A stretch of 64,000 nt of DNA from Candidatus Omnitrophota bacterium (GTDB lineage: Bacteria > Omnitrophota > Gorgyraeia > Gygaellales > Profunditerraquicolaceae), in contig JAQTTQ010000001.1 of NCBI GenBank assembly GCA_028710685.1, forward strand, positions 1,648-65,647, read 5' to 3'. The position numbers and the translations under genes were made by a program. Below the pieces are notes generated by a model. That model saw only the letters and a list, made by a program, of their open reading frames with translations, was not told where the DNA came from and ran no database searches. Positions 45,694 to 54,480 of the stretch are shown in pieces (positions within the stretch are counted from its first letter, which is position 1; each line of letters begins with the position of its first letter).

Positions 45694-46788
45694 ATGCAGG
45701 ATAAAGCAAAAAGCTATTCCAATATTAGATATGGATTGTCTATTGCCGGATTAGTTTATACCTTTATCCTGCTTTTTTTATTTTTAAAGCTGGGGATATC
45801 CGGACGTATTGCCCTTATGCTGGGGGATCGCCTTGCGAGCTTGCTGGTCTTGCCGGCATATCTAATTATAATTTTCGTACTTTATTTTTTCCTAAATTTA
45901 CCTTTAAGTTTCTACCAGTCCTATACCCTGGAGCATAAATTCTTACTCTCCAGGCAGAGTGTCAATGATTGGTGGAAGGACCAGTTTAAGTCAGGGGCAA
46001 TCTCCTACATTATCAGTCTTTTATTATTTGGCGCCTTTTATCTTATCCTGGAGAATTTTCCTTACGGGTGGTGGCTGGTTATTTCATTATTCTGGATATT
46101 CTTCTCTGTCTTGCTGGCTAAGGTAATGCCGGTTGTTATTATCCCTCTTTTCTTCAAATACAAAAGGCTTGCGGATGAGGTTTTAAGGGAAAGAATTATG
46201 CTTCTGGCCAAGAGGATGGATATCAAATTAATCGATTGTTTTGAGATCGATTTTAGTAAGAAAACCTTAAAGGCAAATGCCGCCTTTCTAGGCGTAGGGA
46301 ATACGCGCAGGGTAATCCTTGCGGATACCCTAAAGGATAAATATACCCATGATGAGATTGAAGTAATCTTAGCCCATGAGTTTGCGCATTATAAGCTTAG
46401 GCATTTAATAAAGCTGATTATGCTTAATTCCTTTGTTACCCTGGCTGTTTTTTATTTAATCTTTAATACTAATGCATACGCTTTAAGTTTTTTTAGCTTG
46501 CCCGGACTTTTTGATATTGCTGCCTTGCCGTTGATTTTCATCTACTTTCTTGTCTTTAGTATAATTACGCGGCCGCTGGAGGCTTTTGTAAGCAGGAGTT
46601 TTGAGAGAAGCGCTGATTTAAAGGCATTGGAGGCGACAAAGCTCAAAGAGGCATTTGTTTCCACTATGAATAAACTTGCCAGCCAGAATCTCGCCGATAG
46701 AAATCCCCACCCGATAATCAAATTTTTCTTTTTTGACCATCCTCCGATTACTGAGCGTATTAAAAGCGCTGAGTCAGTTTCTCTTTAA
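45694..46788 (+). CDS. M48-family zinc metallopeptidase (Ste24/HtpX-like, multi-TM)
   Basis: HEFAHYKLRH (HExxH) after an N-terminal block of TM helices. Length is 364 aa. Confidence 0.75.
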   Translation: MQDKAKSYSNIRYGLSIAGLVYTFILLFLFLKLGISGRIALMLGDRLASLLVLPAYLIIIFVLYFFLNLPLSFYQSYTLEHKFLLSRQSVNDWWKDQFKSGAISYIISLLLFGAFYLILENFPYGWWLVISLFWIFFSVLLAKVMPVVIIPLFFKYKRLADEVLRERIMLLAKRMDIKLIDCFEIDFSKKTLKANAAFLGVGNTRRVILADTLKDKYTHDEIEVILAHEFAHYKLRHLIKLIMLNSFVTLAVFYLIFNTNAYALSFFSLPGLFDIAALPLIFIYFLVFSIITRPLEAFVSRSFERSADLKALEATKLKEAFVSTMNKLASQNLADRNPHPIIKFFFFDHPPITERIKSAESVSL

Positions 46789-47921
46789 GATTTAGAGAGG
46801 AAATTGATGATGGAGCGGGCGGCGTAAGAGGCCGCGCCGGTTTCGCCAAGATGCGGCCTTATTGCAAAGAGGTCTTCCTTGGTAGCTTTTATTTTAGCAG
46901 GATCCTTAAGGGTTTTAACTGTGTAATCGGCGATCCTGCCCGGACTTGCCTTAAACTGTATAAACTCCGGGATTATTTTCTTACCGGCTACGATGTTAGC
47001 CAACCCGATATAAGGCAGCTTTACCTGCGGCCGGTATAAGAGGAAATTCAATAAACCCGTCTTGTAAATAAGACAGAAGGGTTTTTGCATTATGGCTGTC
47101 TCCAGGGTAGCGGTTCCGGAACATACCAGGCAGAAGTCTGCAATGTTCATGCAATCATAAGGTTTGCCTTCTACGATTTTTACGTCCACCCCGTATTTCT
47201 TAATTAATTCGTTATAGGTGTCCCATTCAACCTGTGGGTATTTGGCGACTATAAACTGGGCCTTTAGATTCTTCTCAATAAGGCCGGCACTTTTCAGCAT
47301 AATCGGGAATATTCTTTTTACCTCTTGTTTTCTTGACCCCGGGAAAAGGGATATAGCAATTTTATCCCGGTCTAGTTTTAGATTATTTATTAATTCATCC
47401 CTAGTCATAGTAGGCTTTACTATGTCTAAAAGAGGATGCCCCGCCCAGTCAACGTCCACCCCGTGTTTTTTATAAAAAGCCCGCTCGAATTTAAAAAGGA
47501 CAATAACTTTTTTAATATATTTCTTTATGGTTTTTATCCTGCCCTCCCGGGAAGCCCATAATTGCGGAGAGACATAGTAAATAGTCAAGATCTCATTGTT
47601 AATCTTCTTTGCCAGCCTGAGGTTAAAGCCTGAGAAGTCCACGAAAATTATTGCGTTCCAGTTCCCGCTTTTAATTTTTTTCAGGATAAGGTTCTTTAGG
47701 GAGATAAATTTAGGGAGTTTCTTAAATACATCGAATAGGCCCATTACCGAGAGGCCCTTGATGTCATAGAAAATATCGGCACCTGCGTTTTTCAGCAGGT
47801 CTGAGCCTATGCCGGAAATATTAATATCGGGATCTATCTTTTTCATTTCCCTGACTAATCCGGCGGCATGCATTTCGCCCGAAGGTTCTCCGCAAATAAT
47901 CAGGATCTGTTTCTTTGCCAT
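46785..47921 (-). CDS. lpxB: lipid-A-disaccharide synthase
   Basis: N-terminus ILIICGEPSGEMHAAGLVREMKK and a GT-B fold of the expected length. Confidence 0.85.
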   Translation of the reverse strand: MAKKQILIICGEPSGEMHAAGLVREMKKIDPDINISGIGSDLLKNAGADIFYDIKGLSVMGLFDVFKKLPKFISLKNLILKKIKSGNWNAIIFVDFSGFNLRLAKKINNEILTIYYVSPQLWASREGRIKTIKKYIKKVIVLFKFERAFYKKHGVDVDWAGHPLLDIVKPTMTRDELINNLKLDRDKIAISLFPGSRKQEVKRIFPIMLKSAGLIEKNLKAQFIVAKYPQVEWDTYNELIKKYGVDVKIVEGKPYDCMNIADFCLVCSGTATLETAIMQKPFCLIYKTGLLNFLLYRPQVKLPYIGLANIVAGKKIIPEFIQFKASPGRIADYTVKTLKDPAKIKATKEDLFAIRPHLGETGAASYAARSIINFLSKS

Positions 47922-48826
47922 ATTTGATTCTGAATTTTAAGCGCACAATCCAGGGCCTCGCGGGCAACTTTGCCTGAGACCAGCGGCTCTTTATGCTGAG
48001 CCACGCATTCGATAAAAGAAGCCAATTCTTTTTGCAGGGGCTGCTCTTTTTCGATAGGAAGGCTCTCTTTTGTAATTTTAAATAGGCCCTTGCGGTATAC
48101 TACCGCCTGCGCATTCTTATAATCAAGGGAGATATAGGTATTTTCCTGGAAAATTCTGATTTTACGCATGGCCTCATCCGACACCCGCGAGGCAGTGAGA
48201 TTGGCGACGCATCCGTTCCTAAAGGTAAGGCGGGCATTGGCAATATCCTCAAAATCAGTAAGCACATTGACGCCTACCGATTCCATCCGTTCTACCGGTG
48301 AATTAACCAGGCCTAAGATTATGTCGATATCGTGAATCATTATATCCAATACTGCCCCCACATCAAGGGAGCGGTTAGGAAAAGAGGACAGACGGTGGCA
48401 TTCTATAAATTTTGGGTCTTTGATGATTTTCTTAGTCGCGCTGAAGGCGGAATTAAACCTTTCGATATGCCCTACCTGCAGGATTAAGCCGTTATCTTGG
48501 GCTATTTTTATTAAGCGGTCTGCTTCTTGGAGGGTTGGGGTGAAGGGTTTTTCTACAAGGGTGTGTATTTTGTTATTCAGGAAATCAGCGGCAACCTTAA
48601 AATGCATTTTTGTGGGCGTGGCTATACTTACGGCATCAACCTCGCCGTAAAGCTTACGGTGGTCGCTATAGCCCGGGACTTTGAGCTCCCTTGATACTAG
48701 GTCAAGCGTCTTGCTGTTTGTGTCGCATACCGCTACAAGGCTGCATCCGGGGATTTCCCTGTAAACCTTAGCATGGATGCTCCCCAGGTGGCCTGTCCCT
48801 ATGACTCCTACCCTGATTTTATCCAT
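47900..48826 (-). CDS. Gfo/Idh/MocA-family NAD(P)-dependent oxidoreductase
   Basis: MDKIRVGVIGTGHLGSIH Rossmann start. The ORF-track start at 48862 is a TTG that forms the -35 hexamer of the proposed promoter. The ATG at 48826 lies 7 nt after the -10 box. Confidence 0.8.
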   Translation of the reverse strand: MDKIRVGVIGTGHLGSIHAKVYREIPGCSLVAVCDTNSKTLDLVSRELKVPGYSDHRKLYGEVDAVSIATPTKMHFKVAADFLNNKIHTLVEKPFTPTLQEADRLIKIAQDNGLILQVGHIERFNSAFSATKKIIKDPKFIECHRLSSFPNRSLDVGAVLDIMIHDIDIILGLVNSPVERMESVGVNVLTDFEDIANARLTFRNGCVANLTASRVSDEAMRKIRIFQENTYISLDYKNAQAVVYRKGLFKITKESLPIEKEQPLQKELASFIECVAQHKEPLVSGKVAREALDCALKIQNQIWQRNRS

Positions 48827-48833
48827 AGAAAGA

Positions 48834-48862
48834 ATCATAGCAAATGGCTCGACAAAAGTCAA
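48834..48862 (-). promoter_or_regulatory. sigma70-type promoter giving a leaderless transcript for the Gfo/Idh/MocA-lpxB operon
   Basis: On the minus strand: TTGACT (48862-48857), a 17-nt spacer, TATGAT (48839-48834), then 7 nt to the ATG at 48826. Confidence 0.45.
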
Positions 48863-48901
48863 TTGCTATGATAAAATACATTTTCTTTAAGGAATAAAAA
48901 T

Positions 48902-50692
48902 ATGCGAGATTATTTTAAATTACTTAAGTTTGTAAGGCCTTATCTGGGGCTTTTCTTTCTGGCCAGCGTATGCATGGGGTTTTCCGCTGTATTTGACGGG
49001 GTATCCCTGGCGATGATGGTCCCCCTAGCGGATAAAGTCCTCACCAATAAGAAAATAGTTATCCCTGCCAAGCTGCCGGATTTCTTAAGCAATCTTATAG
49101 ATAAGATAAATAGTATTCCCGCAGAGGAACTTTTAGGCTATATGGCGGTAGTGATTATCCTGCTTTTTATAATTAAGGGCCTCTTTGGTTTCCTGCAAAG
49201 CTATTTCATGTCAGATATCGGGCAGAGGATAGTAAGGGATATTAAGGCAAGGCTCTATGCTAAATTTCAGAATCTCTCTCTGGATTATTTCACTCATAAG
49301 CGAGGCGGAGAGATGATCTCTCGCATCACTAATGACGCCAGGGTAGTGGAAAATGCGGTTTCTTACGGCTCAAGCGATCTGGTTTATCAGGGCCTGCAGG
49401 TTATAATATTTTTCTCTATCACGCTCTTTATATACCCGAAGTTTGTTATATTTATCCTTCCTCCTTTGGCTATACTCGGATATACGATTTCCAGGGTAGG
49501 AAAAAAGCTAAGGAAGTTATCCCGCAGCTCGCAGGAAAAGGCAGCAGATATAAATTCCGTGCTACACGAAACGATTATCGGGGCAAGGATCGTTAAGGCC
49601 TTTAACATGGAGGATTACGAGGTTAAAAAGTTTAATAAGATTAATAATGATTCCTACCGCTTATCAATGAAATCTATTAAACGTACCCTGCTTTTAAGCC
49701 CGGCTACCGAGATTTTAGGGTGTCTTGCGGGGATTACGGTTTTTTACTTAGGGGGCCGGGAGGTTATTGCAGGAAAGATCTCTTTCGGTGTTTTCGGGCT
49801 CTTTATCGGAGCGCTTCTCTCGACTATCCGTCCATTTAAGAAGTTAAGCCAGGTAAATTCATTGAATCAACAGGCGGTTGCAGCCAGTGACAGGATATAC
49901 GAGGTTTTAGAGGCTAAGCCTTCAGTGGAGGAGTCTCCTTCGGCGCGTGTCCTTAAAGAATTTAAGAAGGGGGTTGTTTTTGATGACGTTTGGTTTAGCT
50001 ATGGAGAGAATACGGTCCTGAAAGGAATTAAGTTGGATGTTCCTTTTGGTTCTATGCTTGCCATTGTAGGCCCCAGCGGCACGGGGAAGACCACGCTTTT
50101 AGACTTAATTCCGCGATTTTACGATCCCAGTAAAGGTAGGGTATTAATTGACGGAGTAGATATACGGGAGTTTACCTTAAAATCTTTGCGCAGTATGACC
50201 GGGATAGTCAGCCAAGAGACCATTCTCTTTAATGATAGTATTAGGAATAATATAGCTTATGGGAGGCCTAACGCAACGGATGAGGAGATAGAGGATGCGG
50301 CGCGCCAGGCCAATGCCCATGATTTTATACTTCAGCTTTCAGGCGGATACGGTACTGTTATCGGAGACCGGGGTATGCGTATTTCCGGAGGTGAGCGCCA
50401 AAGGATTGCCATAGCCCGCGCACTTTTAAAGAACCCGCCGATATTAATCTTAGATGAAGCCACTTCTCAGCTGGATTCCCATTCGGAGAGGGTGGTGCAG
50501 GAGGCATTAGACCGTTTGATGATGGGCAGGACGGTATTTGTTATTGCCCACAGGCTTTCAACGGTACGCAATGCCCATTTGATTGCGGTTATGAATAAAG
50601 GGAGCATCAGCGAGATCGGAACCCACCAGGAGTTGTTAGCAAGGGGTGGGATGTACAAAAATCTTTACCACATGCAGGAGATACAAAAATAG
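48902..50692 (+). CDS. msbA: ABC exporter with fused permease and ATPase (MsbA-like, lipid A/lipid flippase family)
   Basis: Six-TM domain plus an NBD with Walker A GPSGTGKTT, signature LSGGERQR and Walker B ILILDEAT. It is divergent to the lpxB operon. Confidence 0.75.
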   Translation: MRDYFKLLKFVRPYLGLFFLASVCMGFSAVFDGVSLAMMVPLADKVLTNKKIVIPAKLPDFLSNLIDKINSIPAEELLGYMAVVIILLFIIKGLFGFLQSYFMSDIGQRIVRDIKARLYAKFQNLSLDYFTHKRGGEMISRITNDARVVENAVSYGSSDLVYQGLQVIIFFSITLFIYPKFVIFILPPLAILGYTISRVGKKLRKLSRSSQEKAADINSVLHETIIGARIVKAFNMEDYEVKKFNKINNDSYRLSMKSIKRTLLLSPATEILGCLAGITVFYLGGREVIAGKISFGVFGLFIGALLSTIRPFKKLSQVNSLNQQAVAASDRIYEVLEAKPSVEESPSARVLKEFKKGVVFDDVWFSYGENTVLKGIKLDVPFGSMLAIVGPSGTGKTTLLDLIPRFYDPSKGRVLIDGVDIREFTLKSLRSMTGIVSQETILFNDSIRNNIAYGRPNATDEEIEDAARQANAHDFILQLSGGYGTVIGDRGMRISGGERQRIAIARALLKNPPILILDEATSQLDSHSERVVQEALDRLMMGRTVFVIAHRLSTVRNAHLIAVMNKGSISEIGTHQELLARGGMYKNLYHMQEIQK

Positions 50693-50720
50693 TTGCAAAT
50701 TTACCACATTTTTGTATAAT
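50693..50720 (+). promoter_or_regulatory. sigma70 promoter for rpsB-tsf-pyrH-frr
   Basis: TTGCAA (50693-50698), a 16-nt spacer, TATAAT (50715-50720). Confidence 0.6.
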
Positions 50721-50767
50721 ATTACACTAAACTGCTTTTTGTAGAGAAAAGTAAATATTAACAATTT

Positions 50768-50802
50768 CCCGCGATATGATCATATTTATGCGGGATCCCG
50801 CC
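50768..50802 (+). promoter_or_regulatory. structured element in the rpsB 5' UTR (nested palindromes)
   Basis: CCCGC...GCGGG stem enclosing the perfect 12-bp palindrome ATATGATCATAT, followed by a second CCCGCC. It lies about 40 nt before the rpsB start. Confidence 0.4.
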
Positions 50803-50841
50803 TGTAAAAGTAAACCTGGAGGGAAAGGGAGGTAATAAAAA

Positions 50842-51744
50842 GTGCCATCAGATTTAATTAAGCAATTGTTAGAGGCAGGTGTTCATTTCGGGCATCAGAC
50901 TAAACGCTGGAATCCCAAAATGAAAAAATTTATTTTTGGTTCAAGAAGCGGGATTTACATTATAGACCTTGAGAAAACCGAGGAGTGTATTAATTCCGCC
51001 CGGGATTTCCTCATGGATATAACCTCTAAGGGAGAGTTTGTCCTCTTTGTCGGGACGAAAAAGCAGGCTCAAGAGGTCATGCAGCAAGAGGCAATACGTT
51101 GCGGCATGTATTATGTAACGGACCGCTGGCCAGGGGGTATGCTTACTAATTTCACTACTATTAAGAAGAGCATAAACCGCCTTAAAGAGATCGAAAGGAT
51201 GCGGGGGGATGGCACCTTTGATAAGCTTACCAAGAAGGAGGTTGCCGGTTTAGAGAAGGAGCTCTCTAAGCTTAATAAAAATTTCTCCGGGATTGTGCCT
51301 ATGGAGAAGATGCCTAAGGCGATGTTTGTAATAGATACCTGCAAAGAAGAAACAGCGGTAAAAGAGGCTCGTAGGCTGCATATTCCTATTGTTGCCTTAA
51401 TTGATACTAACTCTAATCCCGACCTGGTAGATTATCCTATCCCCGGTAATGATGATGCCACTAAATCCATTAAGGCGGTGGCCAACATTATTACGGATAC
51501 CATCATAGAGGGTAGGAAGAAATTTCTCTCTTATCTAAGCCAGGAAGGCGTGAAGGTAGCGGATAGCGATAAGGGTTTGGAGGAGGCAGGGCTTTTACCC
51601 GAGGAGGAGCTGAAGATTAAGGAAATAGAAGAAATCGTTGAAACCATAGAGCCGGTAGCAGGAGAAGAAAGTAAAATATTAAAGAAAGGGCATATAAAGC
51701 CTGCAGACGTTAAGTTAAAGGGTAGAAAGAAAGGTACTAATTAA
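50842..51744 (+). CDS. rpsB: 30S ribosomal protein S2
   Basis: LLEAGVHFGHQTKRWNPKM S2 signature. GTG start with a GGAGGGAAAGGGAGG RBS. Confidence 0.9.
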   Translation: MPSDLIKQLLEAGVHFGHQTKRWNPKMKKFIFGSRSGIYIIDLEKTEECINSARDFLMDITSKGEFVLFVGTKKQAQEVMQQEAIRCGMYYVTDRWPGGMLTNFTTIKKSINRLKEIERMRGDGTFDKLTKKEVAGLEKELSKLNKNFSGIVPMEKMPKAMFVIDTCKEETAVKEARRLHIPIVALIDTNSNPDLVDYPIPGNDDATKSIKAVANIITDTIIEGRKKFLSYLSQEGVKVADSDKGLEEAGLLPEEELKIKEIEEIVETIEPVAGEESKILKKGHIKPADVKLKGRKKGTN

Positions 51745-52269
51745 ATGAAGATATCGGTAGATTTAATCAAGGAGTTAAGGGAGATGACCTCTTCCAGCGT
51801 GGCACATTGCAAGAAGGCGCTTGAGGAGACCAAGGGTGATTTAAAGAAGGCAGCGGTTTTATTGCGTAAGCAGGGTTTAGAAATTGCCGCTAAAAAACAG
51901 TGCCGGGCAGCAAAAGAGGGAAGAGTTGAGTCTTATATACATCACGGCAATAAAATCGGAGTCCTTCTGGAAGTAGACTGCGAATCTGATTTTGTAGCGC
52001 GTAATGAAGACTTCGTTATTTTTGCTAAGGATGTTGCCATGCAGATAGCAGCTACGAGTCCGCTCTACCTTAAGAAGGAGGATGTGCCAACGGAGGTATT
52101 GGAGAGCGAGAAAAGCAAGGAAGACTTTTGTAAGAATCATTGTTTAATGGAGCAGGTCTTTGTCAAGGATCCCTCAATAACTATTAATGATTATTTAGGC
52201 AGTATTGTGGCTAAGGTCGGCGAGAATGTAGTTATCCGCCGATTTATCAGGTATAAGATCGGCGAATAA
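51745..52269 (+). CDS. tsf: elongation factor Ts (short form)
   Basis: [39 protein letters not shown]-terminal EF-Tu-binding motif. At 174 aa it is shorter than the ~280-aa E. coli type. Confidence 0.85.
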   Translation: MKISVDLIKELREMTSSSVAHCKKALEETKGDLKKAAVLLRKQGLEIAAKKQCRAAKEGRVESYIHHGNKIGVLLEVDCESDFVARNEDFVIFAKDVAMQIAATSPLYLKKEDVPTEVLESEKSKEDFCKNHCLMEQVFVKDPSITINDYLGSIVAKVGENVVIRRFIRYKIGE

Positions 52270-52997
52270 TGTCAACTTCTTCAGTTTATAGAAGGATAGT
52301 ACTTAAGTTAAGCGGTGAAGCCTTGCAGGGGAAGAAGTCGCACGGTATAGACCACGCTGTCTTGGTATCAATTGCCCGCCAGATTAAGGAAATCCGCGAT
52401 TTAGAGGTTGATGTAGCAGTTGTTTTAGGGGCAGGAAATATATTCCGCGGCCAGGAGAATACAGGTTCCCGCGGATTGGATATGGATAGGTCAGTCGCCG
52501 ACTATATGGGTATGCTGGCTACCGTCATTAATGGTTTAGCCTTGCAGGATGTCCTTGAGAAATCAGGCGTGCCTACCCGGGTTATGACCGCCATAGATAT
52601 GGAGAGGATCGCAGAGCCTTATATCAGAAGGCGGGCCATAAGGCATTTAGAGAAGGGCCGGGTAGTAATATTTGTTGCCGGCACCGGCAATCCTTATTTT
52701 ACCACTGATACGGCTGCTGCCTTGCGCGCAATGGAGATTAATGCAGACGCTATCCTTAAGGGCACTCAGGTTGACGGGGTTTATTCTGCGGATCCTTTAA
52801 GGGTAAAAGGCGCTAGGAAGTTTCTGCGCCTAAAATATATCGAAGTATTGAAAAAGGGGTTAAAGGTTATGGATGCAACCGCAATCAGCCTTTGCATGGA
52901 TAATAACCTTCCCATCGTGGTATTCAACCTGAATAAGCCCGGGAATATTAAACGGGTGGTTTTAGGGGAGAATATCGGCACGGTTGTGGCTAAATAA
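52269..52997 (+). CDS. pyrH: UMP kinase
   Basis: [11 protein letters not shown]...[11 protein letters not shown], amino-acid kinase fold, 242 aa. Confidence 0.9.
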   Translation: MSTSSVYRRIVLKLSGEALQGKKSHGIDHAVLVSIARQIKEIRDLEVDVAVVLGAGNIFRGQENTGSRGLDMDRSVADYMGMLATVINGLALQDVLEKSGVPTRVMTAIDMERIAEPYIRRRAIRHLEKGRVVIFVAGTGNPYFTTDTAAALRAMEINADAILKGTQVDGVYSADPLRVKGARKFLRLKYIEVLKKGLKVMDATAISLCMDNNLPIVVFNLNKPGNIKRVVLGENIGTVVAK

Positions 52998-53029
52998 TTT
53001 TCTTATTATTAGGCAAGGCGGGAGGTTAA

Positions 53030-53590
53030 ATGACTACTAAGGAAATTTTGCATACTACGGATGATAAGATGAAAAAGGCCTTTGAATCGGTAATACGTGA
53101 TTTCTCCGAAATACGTACCGGCAGGGCAAGCCCTACGCTTGTTGAAGGGATATTTGTTGATTACTATGGTACTCCGACCTTGCTAAAGCAGCTGGCCTCT
53201 ATCTCTGCGCCGGATGCGCATCTTTTAGTTATCCAGCCCTGGGATGCAAGCGCAATACCGGAAATAGAAAAGGCGATAATGAAGTCAAATTTAGGTATCA
53301 ATCCTTCTAATGACGGTAAGGTTATACGGCTATCTGTCCCGCAGCTTTCCAAAGACAGGCGCCAGGAGTTGGCCAAGGTGATACATAAGATGTCTGAAGA
53401 AGGAAGGATATCGCTGCGCACCATAAGGCGTGATGCTAAGGAACATCTGGAGAAATTAGAGAAGGATAAGGTTATCTCCGAGGATGATAAGTTCCGCGGG
53501 CTAGACGAGCTGCAAAAGAACGTCGATAAATATATCCTTAAGGTCGACGAGTTATTGAAGAACAAGGAAAAGGAAATACTGGAATTCTAA
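53030..53590 (+). CDS. frr: ribosome recycling factor
   Basis: FSEIRTGRASPTLVEGIFVDYYGTPTLLKQLASIS RRF signature, 186 aa. Confidence 0.9.
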   Translation: MTTKEILHTTDDKMKKAFESVIRDFSEIRTGRASPTLVEGIFVDYYGTPTLLKQLASISAPDAHLLVIQPWDASAIPEIEKAIMKSNLGINPSNDGKVIRLSVPQLSKDRRQELAKVIHKMSEEGRISLRTIRRDAKEHLEKLEKDKVISEDDKFRGLDELQKNVDKYILKVDELLKNKEKEILEF

Positions 53591-53595
53591 GATTT

Positions 53596-53668
53596 GGGCC
53601 TCTAGCTCATCCGGTAGAGCAGCGGCTTTTTAAGCCGCGTGTGCCGAGTTCGAGTCTCGGGAGGCTCA
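53596..53668 (+). tRNA. tRNA-Lys (anticodon TTT)
   Basis: Cloverleaf folded by hand. Acceptor GGGCCTC/GAGGCTC, D stem GCTC/GAGC, anticodon stem GCGGC/GCCGC with loop TTTTTAA, T stem CCGAG/CTCGG. Length is 73 nt. Confidence 0.85.
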
Positions 53669-53749
53669 TATATTTGTTACCGAGGTGATGATCCCCTTGC
53701 AAGTCTTAGCGGGGGGACTCGCTCCTTTTAAGTAAGCGCAGGGAGCTCG

Positions 53750-53764
53750 GTCTCGGGAGGCTCA
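53750..53764 (+). repeat. direct repeat of the 3' end of tRNA-Lys (tRNA fragment)
   Basis: TCTCGGGAGGCTCA at 53750-53764 matches 53654-53668 (the T-arm 3' half plus acceptor 3' strand). No matching 5' half is present. Confidence 0.5.
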
Positions 53765-53792
53765 ATAAATATATCAGCGGCAAGAGGAAATA

Positions 53793-53877
53793 GGGCGGAT
53801 GGCGAAATTGGCAGACGCGATAGCCTTAGGAGCTATTGGGGCAACCCTTGGAGGTTCAAATCCTCTTCCGCCCACCA
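53793..53877 (+). tRNA. tRNA-Leu (anticodon TAG), type II with long variable arm and encoded CCA
   Basis: Acceptor GGGCGGA/TCCGCCC, anticodon stem ATAGC/GCTAT with loop CTTAGGA, a 13-nt variable arm, T stem GGAGG/CCTCT, then A and CCA. Confidence 0.8.
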
Positions 53878-53897
53878 AAGAATATTTCAAAAATCAT

Positions 53898-53970
53898 GCG
53901 GGAGTGGCTCAGTTGGTAGAGCGTAACCTTGCCAAGGTTAATGTCGCGGGTTCGAACCCCGTCTCCCGCT
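53898..53970 (+). tRNA. tRNA-Gly (anticodon GCC)
   Basis: Acceptor GCGGGAG/CTCCCGC, anticodon stem TAACC/GGTTA with loop TTGCCAA, T loop TTCGAAC. Length is 73 nt. Confidence 0.85.
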
Positions 53971-53999
53971 TTTAAATTAAAACCTGAAAGGAGAAACAG

Positions 54000-54470
54000 A
54001 TGCAGATTATGGATTTTTTATCTAAGAAGGCCATTATCACCGACATAAAGTCCAGTAAGAAGGAAGAGGTTATCCGTGAGATGGTGGATACCTTAATTGA
54101 GGCCGGAGACATTGAGAAGCGCTCGCGCAATAAATTGATTGAGTCCTTGATGGGCAGGGAGGCGCTTGGCTCCACTGCTATCGGACAGGGTATAGCGATA
54201 CCTCACGCAAAGTCTGATTGTGTCGGTAAACTGGTGGCTGCCTTCGGGCTTTCTAAGAAGGGAGTCGATTTTGATTCTTTAGACGGTGAACCCGCATATA
54301 TATTTTTTCTCTTGGTAGCTCCTCAGGATTCAGCCGGCCCGCATTTAAAAGCCCTAGCGCGTATCTCAAGGCTTCTTAAGGATAAATATTTCCGCGATAC
54401 CTTACGCGCTTCTGAAGATGACAAGGCAGTTGTCAGAATTATAACCCAGGAAGACGAAAAGAGAGTCTAA
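54000..54470 (+). CDS. ptsN: PTS EIIA-Ntr (nitrogen regulatory IIA protein)
   Basis: Fructose/mannitol-type EIIA fold with the active-site His in GQGIAIPHAKSD. 156 aa. The RBS is AAAGGAGAAACAG. Confidence 0.8.
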   Translation: MQIMDFLSKKAIITDIKSSKKEEVIREMVDTLIEAGDIEKRSRNKLIESLMGREALGSTAIGQGIAIPHAKSDCVGKLVAAFGLSKKGVDFDSLDGEPAYIFFLLVAPQDSAGPHLKALARISRLLKDKYFRDTLRASEDDKAVVRIITQEDEKRV

Positions 54471-54480
54471 TAGCATTGAT

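Noticed and set aside
51745-52269. EF-Ts of only 174 aa as a possible truncation or pseudogene
   Set aside because: The frame is intact with good N-terminal and core conservation. Short EF-Ts forms (Thermus-like, ~200 aa) are known, so it is treated as a genuine short form.
53669-53792. Possible fourth tRNA or other small RNA between tRNA-Lys and tRNA-Leu
   Set aside because: No cloverleaf can be drawn. Only the T-arm and acceptor 3' half of tRNA-Lys is repeated, with no 5' acceptor strand, so it is called a repeat/fragment. There is no resemblance to SRP RNA domain IV, tmRNA or 6S RNA.
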